Part shown: positions 39,663 through 50,932 of the stretch, in pieces
How the letters are laid out: every line of letters begins with the position of its first letter
Position numbering within the stretch: position 1 is the stretch's first letter
Source of the DNA: a virus
Lineage: Duplodnaviria > Heunggongvirae > Uroviricota > Caudoviricetes
Length of the DNA: 64,000 bases
IMG/VR virus record: IMGVR_UViG_3300013902_000001
Span: 84,000 to 147,999 of that record
Reading direction: 5' to 3' (one strand)
Made by a program: the position numbers and the translations under genes
Notes under the pieces: generated by a model
Database searches by the model: none
Seen by the model: only the letters and a program-made list of their open reading frames with translations
What the model was told of the DNA's origin: nothing

Positions 39663-41361
39663 TTATTATTTAAAAGCTTGTAATGTTTTAGAATCTTGTC
39701 AAAATCTAGAACAGTGTGCTACCGCTAGAAATTATCTTTTACTTTTAAGAAAGAAATTTCCAGTTGAAGAGTCTGTGGTTAAGTTGTTGGATCTGCTTTC
39801 TATAAAACAAAATGTTGTAAATTCACCTAATTTAATAGAAGAATAATGGGTTGTTTTCATAAAATTTTTGCTCGGCAAGAGCGAAAGAAAAAACTAATTG
39901 CAGAAGTTAATCGTGGAGAAGATTGGGACTGGGGATATATTTATTCACTTCTTGCAGTTAAGTTGGAGAATATTCGAGATTATGCTCAAAATGATTCTGT
40001 TTGCGACCCAAAAGACTGGGGAATTGAATGGCTAACTAGAGCTATTAATCTATGTCGGCATTTATCTGGAAAGTCAAAGTATCCGAGTAAAATTAATATT
40101 AATAATGATTTTAGATTTCTTAGTAAATCAGAGCTTCAATTTTACCACAATCCAAAAAATAGATTAGATTATGTCTATTATAGGGAAATTTATGATTATA
40201 AAGCTAAAAATCTTTTATTCGAAATTCTTAAGAATAAAATAGAGTTATGGTGGGATTAGATAATAATTTTTAGATACTAATTAAAATGAAGAGACGTGAA
40301 ATTTACTTTAAACGAGGTTATCCAACAATTTGACCCTGATAATATAGAAAAAAATTTATATTTATCAGCCTGGATAAGAAATTATTCTAGAGTTTGGATA
40401 AATGATTGGATTCCAGTTTATGGATTCAGAGGGGCTAGTTCTCAGCTTCAAACATTCCTAACGGCAACTAGTAATGAAGAAAAATGTGTTCGAGAAATCG
40501 CTATAAAATCTTTACAAGAATGGTATGGAGATAATTAAGGAACATTTTAAATCGATTCATTCGTTATTAAATACTTTAAACAGTCGTCCTAATAATTCAG
40601 TAATGGCAATCGAAGATTCTTCTGAATCAGGGAGTTATGATTTTACTGGAAGTCATAGTTATGATGAAGCTGTTCAGTTATTTAAAGAGGGATATGTAGA
40701 AATTCTTCCTAAAATAATGTCTAAAATGAAGAAGATGGAGAAAGATCTATATTCTGAATTTCAATTTACAAAAAAGATACGTCCACAAAATTCGATAGAA
40801 GGAGTTGTTCCTAATGTTCCAAATGCTATATTAGGTCTTCCACAATCTATGATTGATATGAAAAGATTTCCACAAAAGCAGAAAACTTTAAATATTATCT
40901 ATGAAATGGGAGCTAATTGTGGAACTGATAAAGAGTTGTTTATAAATGCAGGAGTAGTTTTATTAACGGCAATTAAAATCTTAGAAACTAAGAGAATTTC
41001 TGTTAAATTAACACTCGGATTTATGGCTGTAAAAGCTGATGAACAAGGGGGTTTTCCAACTGTTGATTTAAAAGATTATGGACAAAGATTAGATTTGCAG
41101 AAGTTATGTTTTCCATTAGCTCATCCTTCTATGTTTAGAAGAATCGGGTTTAAATGGCTAGAAACTAATCCTGATATTACAGATAAAGACTTTCGATTTG
41201 GTTATGGTAGAAGTCCTGCTGATCAAACGGAAGAATGGAAAGATTTTGTCAATCAGTTAAATTTACTAAAAAATGCTCGTGTATTACGAGCTCAAGATAT
41301 TGAAGAAATGAGATTCGATGTTAGTAAATTAATTGACTATTTAAATATAAATAATGCCTAG
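39649..41361 (+). CDS. Four hypothetical genes (39649..39846, 39846..40259, 40296..40538, 40525..41361)
   Basis: ORF track. No motif recognised. Confidence 0.3.
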
Positions 41362-43407
41362 AATTAAATCGGGAGATTCCGTTTCTCAAATTCCAGAATT
41401 GACTAGTTCTTTGGATCAATTGAATATTGTATATAGTAAGATGCTATCTTCCTTAATAGGAATGTTTGATCCAAAAGATATATTTGATAAGCTTTCACCA
41501 GAAGTAGAAAAGATGTTTATGGAACATTTTGGAGGAATTCCCCAAGTTCATAAATTGCTTTTACCAGATGGAGAAGAACATCCTTTTACAGGAGTAACTC
41601 ACGAAATGTTTGATACAGTGCTTAATTTAGTCAATCTAGATATTCCAGTTTATCTTTGTGGACCTGCTGGGGTTGGTAAAAATTATCTGGTTAAACAAGT
41701 TGCGGAAGCTTTAGGAAAAGAGTTCTATTTTAGTAATGCTGTTACTCAAGAATATACATTAGTCGGTCAAATTAATTAATATTTTTCAAAATTGAAGGTT
41801 ACGAAGAAAAAAATTACAGACGACCTTCGTAAACAAATGAACTAGTTGTTTAATGAAGGTAAATCCATTACTGAAATTGCAACAATTTTAGATGTAGATA
41901 GACATACTGTTGCTAGACATTTAGTAGATAAAAGTAAGTATAATGAAAATTGTTTTTCAACTATTACTGCTGAATCTGCATATTGGCTAGGATTTATGTA
42001 CGCAGACGGATATGTCGGATCTACTCGAAATACTGTTGGAATTTCATTAATGAAATCAGATTTCAATCATTTACAAAAGTTTTCTAAATTTATATAGTAT
42101 AAAGGAAATTGTGTAAGAATTTTTCATGGGAAGTCATCTTTTGGAGATCATTATTATTGTAGAGTTAATCTTCGTAATAAGAAAATGCACGATGATTTAG
42201 TATCCCTAGGTTGTGTTTCTCTTAAAACTCATATATTACAATTTCCTAAATTTATGTATAAATCTGAATATTTAAAAGATTTTGTGCGAGGATTTTTTGA
42301 TGGAGATGGATGTCTAAGTTTAGACAAACGTGGAAACAGAGTCGAAGCTTCATTTATATGTGCAGTTGAGTAGTTTATAATTGATTTACAAGCTGCTATT
42401 AAAATTTTAGGTTTTGAATCTACAAAATCTAAAAGTAATAAATGTCATCGAATCCGCGTAAAAAATGCTTTTAAGTTTTTAGATTTCATATATAAAGATG
42501 CTGCTGTATATTTAGATAGAAAATTTGAAAAGTATTATTCTCTCAAGCAGAGGAGAGAAGGCCGTCTTATGGAGTAATCTATAAGATTATTACAGGACAA
42601 TATCGGTGAAGCCGTTTAGGTAATACCGAGATAATCTAACAAATTGCGAAAGGTTGTTAGACATCGTAACGCATAGAGAGTGAATAAATATAATCTCTCC
42701 ACGAGTGCCCTGCGCCCTTAGGGGTGAAAATATATGCTGAGCTAGACTAGAATTAACTAGTCGTATTCCATTAGGATATGAGAGAAATCTCTAGAAGTTT
42801 TGGATAAAAAACCAAAACGATAACAAAACTGTTTCGCGACGCGAATGGTATATTCCATGAAACTCAGTTTTATGATGCTTTTACTAAAGGAGGAATTTTC
42901 TTTTTGGATGAGATAGATGCTTCTATTCCTGAGGTTTTAATTATCTTAAATGCTGCTATTGCTAATAGATATTTTAACTTTCCATGTGGTAGAGTTTATG
43001 CTCATCCGGATTTTCGTGTAGTTGCTGCTGGTAATACATTAGGAACTGGTGCAGATTCTCAATATACAGGCCGCTATTGTTTGGATAGAGCAAGTCTAGA
43101 TCGATTTGCTATAGTTCATATAGACTATTCGCCTAAAATTGATTTGGAAAGTGCTGGAGGAGATTCTGAATTATCTAAATTTGCTCAGACTTTTCGGCAA
43201 GTTTGTGCAGATACTGGTATTCAGTGTTTATGCTCTTACAGAAGTATTTCTCGTATTCATTCTATGGAATCTGTAAATTTAGCCCCATTAAAGGAAATTA
43301 TGAAAATGGCTTTAGTAAAAGATTTGGATATTGATGATATTAATATTCTTCATTCTGAATTACAAAAGCGAATTCCTTCTAATAAATATGTAGATGCTTT
43401 AAAATGA
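41354..43407 (+). CDS. AAA_5 (MoxR/dynein-related) ATPase gene split by a group I intron. Exon 1 is 41354-about 41779; exon 2 is about 42846-43407
   Basis: Exon 1 carries Walker A: VYLCGPAGVGKNYLV. Exon 2 reads ...GIFHETQFYDAFTKGGIFFLDEIDASIPEVLIILNAAIANR...VVAAGNT (Walker B and sensor). The intervening 1.1 kb holds a LAGLIDADG ORF and a P-like element aaattgcgaaaggttgttag (42641-42660). Confidence 0.6.
41846..42577 (+). mobile_element. Intron-encoded LAGLIDADG homing endonuclease, intact only if two in-frame TAGs (42095, 42371) are read through
   Basis: Motif 1 LGFMYADGYVG; motif 2 GFFDGDGCLSL. 41846..42097, 42098..42373 and 42374..42577 are one continuous frame broken only by TAG. Confidence 0.6.
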
Positions 43408-43946
43408 AAAGAAAAAATGCAGAAGAATTCGTAAAAATTATTCAATTTTTAATGAGTCCTGATGAAGAAAATTGGATTTTAGGATTGAGCCTTTTGTCAG
43501 AAACTTCTTTTTACAAAAATTTAAATAAGCATACTGTCTATCATGTTCCATGTATATATTCTAAATTAGGAAATTTAAATGCATCATGGGATTATAGATG
43601 TGGTCCAACAGATATTAAATTAAAAACTTATGTTCAGAATATGTTAGAAACTCCGCCAAAAAAAATTTGGAATAATTTAGCTCCTCCTTCTGTAGGAATT
43701 GTAGGAACTATTTTATTTAAATTATTATGGGATGATCAAAGTAAAAGAACTCGGAACTCTTCTATTATATGGGAAATGTTTTATCAGAGTGACTTTACTA
43801 AGTCACCTCATGATAAATCAAAACATGTGCGGAATTTTGGTCGTAGAAAATTTAGAAAATTTACCTATGATCGAGAATTGAATTATTATGAACAGGTGTT
43901 AAATTCTCCAGTATTCAATTATTTCGATAATAAATCTCGAAATTAA
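43404..43946 (+). CDS. Paralog-family member H
   Basis: FVKIIQFLMSPDEENWILGLSLL. Confidence 0.35.
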   Translation: MKRKNAEEFVKIIQFLMSPDEENWILGLSLLSETSFYKNLNKHTVYHVPCIYSKLGNLNASWDYRCGPTDIKLKTYVQNMLETPPKKIWNNLAPPSVGIVGTILFKLLWDDQSKRTRNSSIIWEMFYQSDFTKSPHDKSKHVRNFGRRKFRKFTYDRELNYYEQVLNSPVFNYFDNKSRN

Positions 43947-44219
43947 GGATTCTTTATCTCGTCGTTAGATATGTTGTAATACTATAATAACTATGATGTA
44001 TTACATTATCATATACTAATGATACACCCCACTTAATTATAGATAATGCTATAATACGGGCAGCTTAGGATAATCCATAAAACTAAGCGTTTGACTTCAT
44101 GAGATGGAATTGGGTTACCGATTAAATGAAGAAGGTGTTGAATAAAGATAATCCTGTCTTAGATCGACTTGTTAAAACCCGACCTAGAATTTAAGACGAA
44201 TATTGGTAAATAGGCAGAA

Positions 44220-45192
44220 ATGCCAGCTAGAGTGGTTCTATACTTCGGTATTTGGGGTTCAATTCCTCAACTAGTTTCTATGATTGAAGAATTAATAAAA
44301 AGAGTAAATTCAAAAATTGATTTTGATAATTTCCAAGATTGTTTTAATGTTATTCAAACATTTAAAAAAGATTATATTGATAATTGGAATAAAGGAATTT
44401 CAGTGTCTCGAGAATTTTATCAAGAAAAATATAATGAATATTTAGATCAGCTTCGGCAAATGGTAGATACTTATTTGGAATCAAAAAAATTATGACAAGA
44501 ACTGATTACCAAGCACACTTAATTAATGAATATCAAAAGTATATTCAGAAAAGTATCAAAGATCACGAAAATGAAGAAGTTAAATTTATTAAGCGTGATT
44601 TAGCAAATTCACTTATTAAAGCTTTTGAGAAAGGTGTAATGAAAGGAATTTTGTTTGAATCGGTAAATGATTTTAATTTCTTCATGCAACAAGTTGATGG
44701 GACAGATGAAGAATTGAAACTTATTAAGTCTGAACCTGAGAAAAAGGAATTTAAAATTCCTGAAAAGATTCAAATAGATGACAAAACAATTGAAGATGTG
44801 TTAAATCGAATTTTTGGTTGGAATGGATAAAAATGATTATAAATTTCCATTAGTAGCTCAACTCACTTGTAGTTTTGTAGAAAGAAACGGTCTCGATGTA
44901 TCCGATGAAGATTTAACGAAGATTTCTGAACTTGCAGATAGAATCGTTACATCAGTGTTTGGAAATGAAACCGTTTAATATCGAAGAATCTAAAAAAGGA
45001 GCGAAATTAATTACTAGGAATGGTCGGTCTGCTCGAATTATTTGTTATGATAGAATGACTAATGGTAAGCCTGGAGTTATAATTGCCCTTGTAAAAGGCC
45101 AAAAAGGTGTATTTGAGAGTCTTATTTATTATAACAAAGAAGGTCAGCAAATTGACCACATTAAAGATTTAGATTTATTAATAGATGACTAA
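44220..45192 (+). CDS. Three hypothetical genes (44220..44495, 44492..44830, 44932..45192)
   Basis: ORF track. Confidence 0.3.
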
Positions 45193-45592
45193 CTTTTATA
45201 CAGATGGTGCTTATAGTCCCAATCGTGATAGAGGGGGATGGGCGTTTTATTCTCCAGAATTAAAATTACGAGTAGTTGGAAATAAAAACCAGACTACTGT
45301 CAATAGAATGGAATTAACTGCTGCTATTAAAGTTTTGGAATATATTTCAGATTCTAATTTAGATGATAAAGATATTACTATTTATTCTGATTCTATGTAT
45401 TTAGTTGGTGGAATGAATTTGGGTTGGAGTAAAAATACAAATGAAGATTTATGGTGTCAAATTGACTTTTTAAAAAGTCTTTTATTTGACAAAGTAATTA
45501 CTTTTATCCATATAGATGGACATTCTGGAAATACTGGAAATGAAATAGTGGATGAATTAGCAGTAAAATTAAGTCACATTGAAGAAATATGA
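45185..45592 (+). CDS. rnhA: Ribonuclease HI
   Basis: FYTDGAYSPNRDRGGWAFY...NRMELTAAIKVLEY...IYSDSMYLV...IDGHSGNTGNEIVDELA. Confidence 0.75.
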   Translation: MTNFYTDGAYSPNRDRGGWAFYSPELKLRVVGNKNQTTVNRMELTAAIKVLEYISDSNLDDKDITIYSDSMYLVGGMNLGWSKNTNEDLWCQIDFLKSLLFDKVITFIHIDGHSGNTGNEIVDELAVKLSHIEEI

Positions 45593-46167
45593 GAGGAAAT
45601 ATACAAGTTTTAGAAACTGGTAATCAAAGAATGGTAAGTTTGGATCTTCAGTCTAAACTTCTCCAAGATAATATTATTATGATTGCCGATGAAATTGATA
45701 CTGAATCAGTTACAGATTATCAAACTCAGTTGTTTTATTTAATGTCTAAACTTCAATCTGGGGATATAATTACGTTATATATTAATTCTCCAGGAGGATC
45801 AGTGTTGGATGGATTGGGATTATATGATACTATTCAGTTAATCAAACAAAAAGGAATAATCATTAGGACAGTAAATGTCGGAAGTGCCTGTTCTATGGCT
45901 TCTATTATTTTAATGTCTGGGTCTGAAGGTTATAGAGAATCAACTGCTAATAGTTCAGTTCTTATTCATGAAGTGTCTGCTTGGTGGATGGGTAAAACTC
46001 CAGATCTTTTAGATCAGGCAGAAGAGATTAAACGACTTCAAACTGTTTTAGATGGAATAATTTCTAAGCACTCGGATAGTAAACTAATAGAACTGTGTAA
46101 AAGGAAAGATCTTTGGCTTAATGCAGAAGATGCTTTGAAATATCATATTATTGATAAAATTCTTTAA
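45589..46167 (+). CDS. clpP: ClpP-family serine protease
   Basis: GSACSMASIIL resembles GQAASMGAFLL; VLIHEVSA resembles VMIHQPLG; LNAEDALKYHIIDKIL resembles the ClpP C-terminus. Confidence 0.75.
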   Translation: MRGNIQVLETGNQRMVSLDLQSKLLQDNIIMIADEIDTESVTDYQTQLFYLMSKLQSGDIITLYINSPGGSVLDGLGLYDTIQLIKQKGIIIRTVNVGSACSMASIILMSGSEGYRESTANSSVLIHEVSAWWMGKTPDLLDQAEEIKRLQTVLDGIISKHSDSKLIELCKRKDLWLNAEDALKYHIIDKIL

Positions 46168-46227
46168 TGCAAACGCTTTTTCTTATAATTATTATAGGAT
46201 TTGTAGCATATTTAATATTTTCAGATA

Positions 46228-46614
46228 ATGATTCTTAAATTGTTATTTTCGGTATTGTTAGGCTTTCTAATAGGTTTAGAACGAGAAATTCACGGTAAGT
46301 CTGTTGGAATAAAAACAGTATCGTTAATAACTTTAGGAAGCACATTATTTGTAATAATGTCTCCACAAATATTTAATGGAGATAATTCTCGGATTATAGC
46401 ACAGGTAGTTTCTGGGGTGGGATTTATTTGTGCTGGAGTGCTTATAAAAGAAAATAATAAAGTTTCCGGTCTTACCACTAGTTCTATATTATGGGTTAGT
46501 GCCGCTATAGGTTGCTTAGTAGGATCTGGATTTTATTTAGAAGCTTTTATAGGAACTTGTTTAATCTTATTTATTACTTGGATTTTTCCTTATTTTAAGA
46601 AATATAATGATTAA
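46228..46614 (+). CDS. MgtC/SapB-family membrane protein
   Basis: N-terminal LIGLEREIHGKSVGIKT motif plus TM segments. Confidence 0.5.
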   Translation: MILKLLFSVLLGFLIGLEREIHGKSVGIKTVSLITLGSTLFVIMSPQIFNGDNSRIIAQVVSGVGFICAGVLIKENNKVSGLTTSSILWVSAAIGCLVGSGFYLEAFIGTCLILFITWIFPYFKKYND

Positions 46615-46733
46615 AAATCTTATTTTGGCTATTTGCCTATCAGAATTTAAAAAAGATTTGGAAATAACCAAAATGTTTCCAAATTATGTATCACCCAGTT
46701 CAAATTCATTAACTTATTTAATTTACTGGCTAA

Positions 46734-47250
46734 ATGGAAGAAGAGAAAAAAGAGCCAACTCCTGAGGAATTGGAAGCACAAAAAGAGTTTTATCTACAGA
46801 AAGGAAAACAAGAATTTCGGAGATTTATATCAGATATTACTAACTATAAAAACTTCCACAACCTAACTTTACAGGCAATTTCTGACGAGATTGATAATAA
46901 AACTTCTAAGTTATCAGTTTCAAGAAGACAGTTCTTTAAGACTATAAAGATGGAAGTTTGGGAAAAATGGATTCCAGAAAAGAAACCGTTAATAGTTAAT
47001 AATTATGAATAGATTTTTAGTAACAGTTTTAGAACCTGATCCAGATAATTATAATAATATCTGGTGTTCAATTTGTGACGCGAATGATCCGAAAATTAAA
47101 CAAGATCTTCTTCCGGATTATACGCCAGAATGGCTATACGATAAAATTCAAGAAATTGATTCTACTATTGAAGAAGTTCAAGAATCTATTTTTAGCGTTC
47201 CTAGGATAACTTTACCAAAACTTTTAAAAGCTTCCGATGAAAATAATTAA
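46734..47250 (+). CDS. Two small hypothetical genes (46734..47012, 47005..47250)
   Basis: ORF track. Confidence 0.3.
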
Positions 47251-48085
47251 TCCCTCTGTCATTTTACTAGAACAATCTCCTGGATTGTTAGGCGGTTATG
47301 AGGCTATTGCTAGAGCAGGAAGAATCTGTTATGCTTCTGACCAAACTGGACACGAAGTCGAATTTGTTGACAGATTACTAACTGCTAAGCATTATCGTCC
47401 ATTAGAGTTCTTTACAGTCTATCTTATCTTTCCTCGAATGGAAGATACTCCCTGGAAGAAATATCGTGAGAATAATTGGTCAAGAGTAATAGAATTTCCT
47501 GATAATGAAAAAGTCTATGTAACTACTAATTATAGAGTTATAAAAGAACATCATTGGGAAAACGATATTGAATATCTATCAGATACTCCTACTAAATGGC
47601 ATAAACTTCGATATACTTTCCTCTGGAATATCTCTCGTTCTGTGGCTGATGAGGGGAGAACCCATGTTGCTTTGAGCTCACTAATGCAAAGTACAAGATA
47701 CTGTGCATACACTAAAAAGAAATTTGGAAACCAATTGGCCTTCATAAAGCCCTCTGACAGCGACGAAAATAAACGAGTGGATAGATTGACCAGACTCTTC
47801 TGGAAAGTGTCTGAGATCGGCTATAAATGGCTTATACGAGCTCATGCGAAAGCAGAACAAGCTCGGAGAATTTTACCGTTGGATATAAAGACGGTAATGA
47901 TACAGTGTGGTTTTGAGGAAGATTGGGATAATTTCTTTAACCAACGTTACTTTGGAACCACTGGTCAACCTCACCCTGATATGAAATATATAGCTAAACA
48001 AGCTTATGAACAATATCAAACTGCCAAACAGAGATGGGAGCAGTGTTGTGCTCAAATTTCTGAAAGAATCCCAGGAGACTTTTGA
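47237..48085 (+). CDS. thyX: Flavin-dependent thymidylate synthase ThyX-like
   Basis: N-terminal ...AIARAGRICYAS...AKHYRPLEFFTVYL (HxSPxEH-like), plus an R(T)H...S..RY segment. Confidence 0.5.
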   Translation: MKIINPSVILLEQSPGLLGGYEAIARAGRICYASDQTGHEVEFVDRLLTAKHYRPLEFFTVYLIFPRMEDTPWKKYRENNWSRVIEFPDNEKVYVTTNYRVIKEHHWENDIEYLSDTPTKWHKLRYTFLWNISRSVADEGRTHVALSSLMQSTRYCAYTKKKFGNQLAFIKPSDSDENKRVDRLTRLFWKVSEIGYKWLIRAHAKAEQARRILPLDIKTVMIQCGFEEDWDNFFNQRYFGTTGQPHPDMKYIAKQAYEQYQTAKQRWEQCCAQISERIPGDF

Positions 48086-48276
48086 GTTTCTTTTAGAAGC
48101 TAAATGGCCAAATGGAGAAGAGCTACCCGTATGGATCCATAGACAAAATCGGAAGATTTATGCTGTGGATCCATGTGGAGGTCCTTTTATAGGATTAGGA
48201 TATGTAATAGACGATTTGAAATTAACTCAAATCAGAAATGTAAAAGAACAAGGTTTAACGTTGTTTTTTAAGAAAA

Positions 48277-48867
48277 ATGAAACAGAAGAAAGAAATTATT
48301 AATGAAGCTCTTCTAAATTGTTTGGAAGATCTTTATAAATATGCAGTTCCGACTACTTCCTATGCAGCACTATTAGAAGCACACAAACAAGGCCAACCTT
48401 ATGATAAAGAATATTGGGCTCATCATTATTTGCCTGAAAAGTTATTTCGAGAGATAGTGGATCATTATAAGCACGCTTATAGTCTAGAACCCTATTTTAA
48501 GGAATACACTGATGTTCTAAAAGACTATCTTTTGGATGGAGGAACAACCGAAATCTATGTAAAAGACGACTCTCTAGTAGGAGGTCGAAGGGAATATACT
48601 AAAACTCCTAAACTCAAAGATGTAATTGGTGAGGAAGCAGCTGATAAAGTTGCAGAACTTATTAAGAAATGTCAAGAGTTTTATAGGGTTGATTGGTCTC
48701 GAACTGAAGGTTTTGAGTTTGAAATATTTAATTGTGGTCCATGCTGTAATGCAGAACCTGTAAAGAAGTATTGGGAATCTCAAGGTGTAGAAGTTGATTG
48801 TGATGACGATAAAATTATAAAAAACTTCTATAAAGAAGAATATGGCGATGATGAGGAGGATAACTGA
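48277..48867 (+). CDS. Hypothetical acidic protein
   Basis: ORF track, 196 aa. Confidence 0.3.
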   Translation: MKQKKEIINEALLNCLEDLYKYAVPTTSYAALLEAHKQGQPYDKEYWAHHYLPEKLFREIVDHYKHAYSLEPYFKEYTDVLKDYLLDGGTTEIYVKDDSLVGGRREYTKTPKLKDVIGEEAADKVAELIKKCQEFYRVDWSRTEGFEFEIFNCGPCCNAEPVKKYWESQGVEVDCDDDKIIKNFYKEEYGDDEEDN

Positions 48868-49802
48868 TGAAGACGACCCTGACTTCGAGTGAGAAAATTT
48901 CTCACGAGTATTGTTGCACTATCGTTAAAATAGGTGAAATTAAGCCTATAGAAGGTGCTGATAAGATAGTTCAAACTGAGGTTGAAGGAAGAACTATTAT
49001 TATAGGTAAAGACGAAGTGAAAGAAGGAGATATAATGTTTTATGTCTCTAATGAGTGTGAGTTAAATAAAGATTTTCTTTTTGTAAACAATCTTTTTGAT
49101 GATCCCACTCTTAATAAAGATCCTGAAAAGAAAGGATATATTAACAAACGAGGTCGTGTTCGGATGATCAAACTTCGTGGAGTATATTCTATGGGGTTTT
49201 TGTTTACAGTGGAAGCAATGAAAAATTATTTTCCTGCTTTTAATGTAGAAGAGGAAAATCTTTCTGAACGAATTGGTGAAGATTTCGATACCGTAGATGG
49301 AACATTATTTGTAAAAGCTTATGTTCCTCCTATGCCAGAACCTAATATTCGACTGACTCGAGAACAGCATCGAGCTAAGAAATTAGCTTTTGATCGAATG
49401 ATTCCAGGGCAATTTGCACTGCATTATGACACAAAACAGCTCCAGAGGGAAATATCAAGATTAAATCCTGATGATGTTGTTTGTGCCAGCACTAAGGTTC
49501 ACGGATGTGTGGATGCAGAAACATTAATTAATACCAATTTAGGTCAGTTTACTATTAAGCATATAGTATATAATAAACTTGATTGTTTAATAGAAGCTTA
49601 TGATACTTATACTCAGCAAAAAGTTTTTGTTCCAATCGATCAATATTATCATATTTCTAATGATGGTGATTGGTATGAATTAGAACTGGAAAACGGAATA
49701 AAATTAACTATAACTGGTAATAATCCGGTGTTTTTACCGGATCGTAATTGCTATCGTAAAGTTTGGGATCTTAAACCTGGAGATAGTGTATTATTTTCAT
49801 AA
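48867..49802 (+). CDS. RNA ligase N-terminal half (tRNA-binding OB-like domain plus nucleotidyltransferase motif I, KVHG), fused to an N-terminal split-intein fragment (49506-49799)
   Basis: EIKPIEGADKIVQTEVEGRTIIIG is like a Trbp111/CsaA tRNA-binding domain. ...ASTKVHG matches motif I (KxHG). Then CVDAETLINTNLGQFTIKHIV (intein block A), ending 98 aa later at TAA. Confidence 0.55.
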   Translation: MKTTLTSSEKISHEYCCTIVKIGEIKPIEGADKIVQTEVEGRTIIIGKDEVKEGDIMFYVSNECELNKDFLFVNNLFDDPTLNKDPEKKGYINKRGRVRMIKLRGVYSMGFLFTVEAMKNYFPAFNVEEENLSERIGEDFDTVDGTLFVKAYVPPMPEPNIRLTREQHRAKKLAFDRMIPGQFALHYDTKQLQREISRLNPDDVVCASTKVHGCVDAETLINTNLGQFTIKHIVYNKLDCLIEAYDTYTQQKVFVPIDQYYHISNDGDWYELELENGIKLTITGNNPVFLPDRNCYRKVWDLKPGDSVLFS

Positions 49803-49885
49803 AAACTGTTAACTTATTTTTTAATTTTTTTCTAATATTTTACTTTTGTACTAAAAAAATTCACGAACCATTAATTTTAAATATT

Positions 49886-50587
49886 ATGAAATATCGAAAT
49901 TGTCCTTTTTGTGGAGAGTAGATTGCTTTAGGTAATCCACATCACTTAAAAAATTGTCAGAAATATAAAGAATTTCTTGATACTAATTTAGAAGAACTAT
50001 TGAAATTATATAAAGATGGTTACTCTGTTGTTGAGTTAGCAGAAAAGTACCACATCTTGTATCATCAAATTCAAAAAATTATTAAAGATAGCGGAACTCC
50101 ATTACGTAATATTAAAGATGCTTGCACTACTAAAAGACGTAAAGAACGCTATAAAAAAACATGTCTTGAACATTTTGGTCAACCTCATAATTTCTGCAAA
50201 GAGAGCGAATCTCGAAAAGCTTGGGAAAAACGTCTTTTAGATGAGGAAGGTATTGTAAATGTTTTTCAACGGAAAGAAGTAAAAGAAAAAATAGTAGATT
50301 CACTTATTAAACATTATGGATTAAATTACAAACAGGTTTGTAATTCGAAAGAATATTATATTAATAAGTGGATTCAAGATGGTGCAACTTCAGAAGAAGC
50401 ACAGGCTCGTTATGAACGAATGTGTTTTTTAAAAGGGGAAGCTAATACTAAACAGCATTATATCAATAAATACGGTGAAATAGATGGATTAGAAAAATGG
50501 AAAGAACATGTAAAGAAATTACGTCCTAATTTTCAGATTTCTTCACAATCTACTTATATATCGTCACTTAATATTAACTTTTATTAG
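49886..50587 (+). mobile_element. Free-standing gene between the intein halves: Zn-ribbon plus HTH protein (homing-endonuclease-associated), with one in-frame TAG
   Basis: MKYRNCPFCGE(TAG)IALGNPHHLKNCQKY... runs on into ORF 50000..50587 in the same frame. The HTH-like segment is YSVVELAEKYHILYHQIQKII. Confidence 0.4.
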
Positions 50588-50590
50588 CTT

Positions 50591-50932
50591 TTGGTTGAAA
50601 ATAATATTGATTTTGAAGTAGAATATTGTTTAACTAGTTCAGATGGGCATGCTAGATACTTTGATTTTAAAGTTGATAATTATTTGATTGAATTAAACGG
50701 TGATTTTTGGCACGCTAATCCTAAAATTTATGCTGAAAACGATATTATTAATTTACCTGGTTCTGACGGGGTTTTAGCTAAATCTTTGTGGGAAAAAGAT
50801 GCTCAAAAACTACAATTAGCTCAACAAAATGGTTTTACGGTCATTACTTTATGGGAGTGTGATCTTAATGATAGTAAAAAATTAGAAAAAATTAAACGAA
50901 TTATGAAATTATATGCAAATAATAAAAATTAA
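50591..50932 (+). mobile_element. Vsr/DUF559-like (PD-(D/E)XK) endonuclease; a candidate free-standing homing endonuclease
   Basis: ELNGDFWHANPKIY...NGFTVITLWECDL. Confidence 0.5.
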
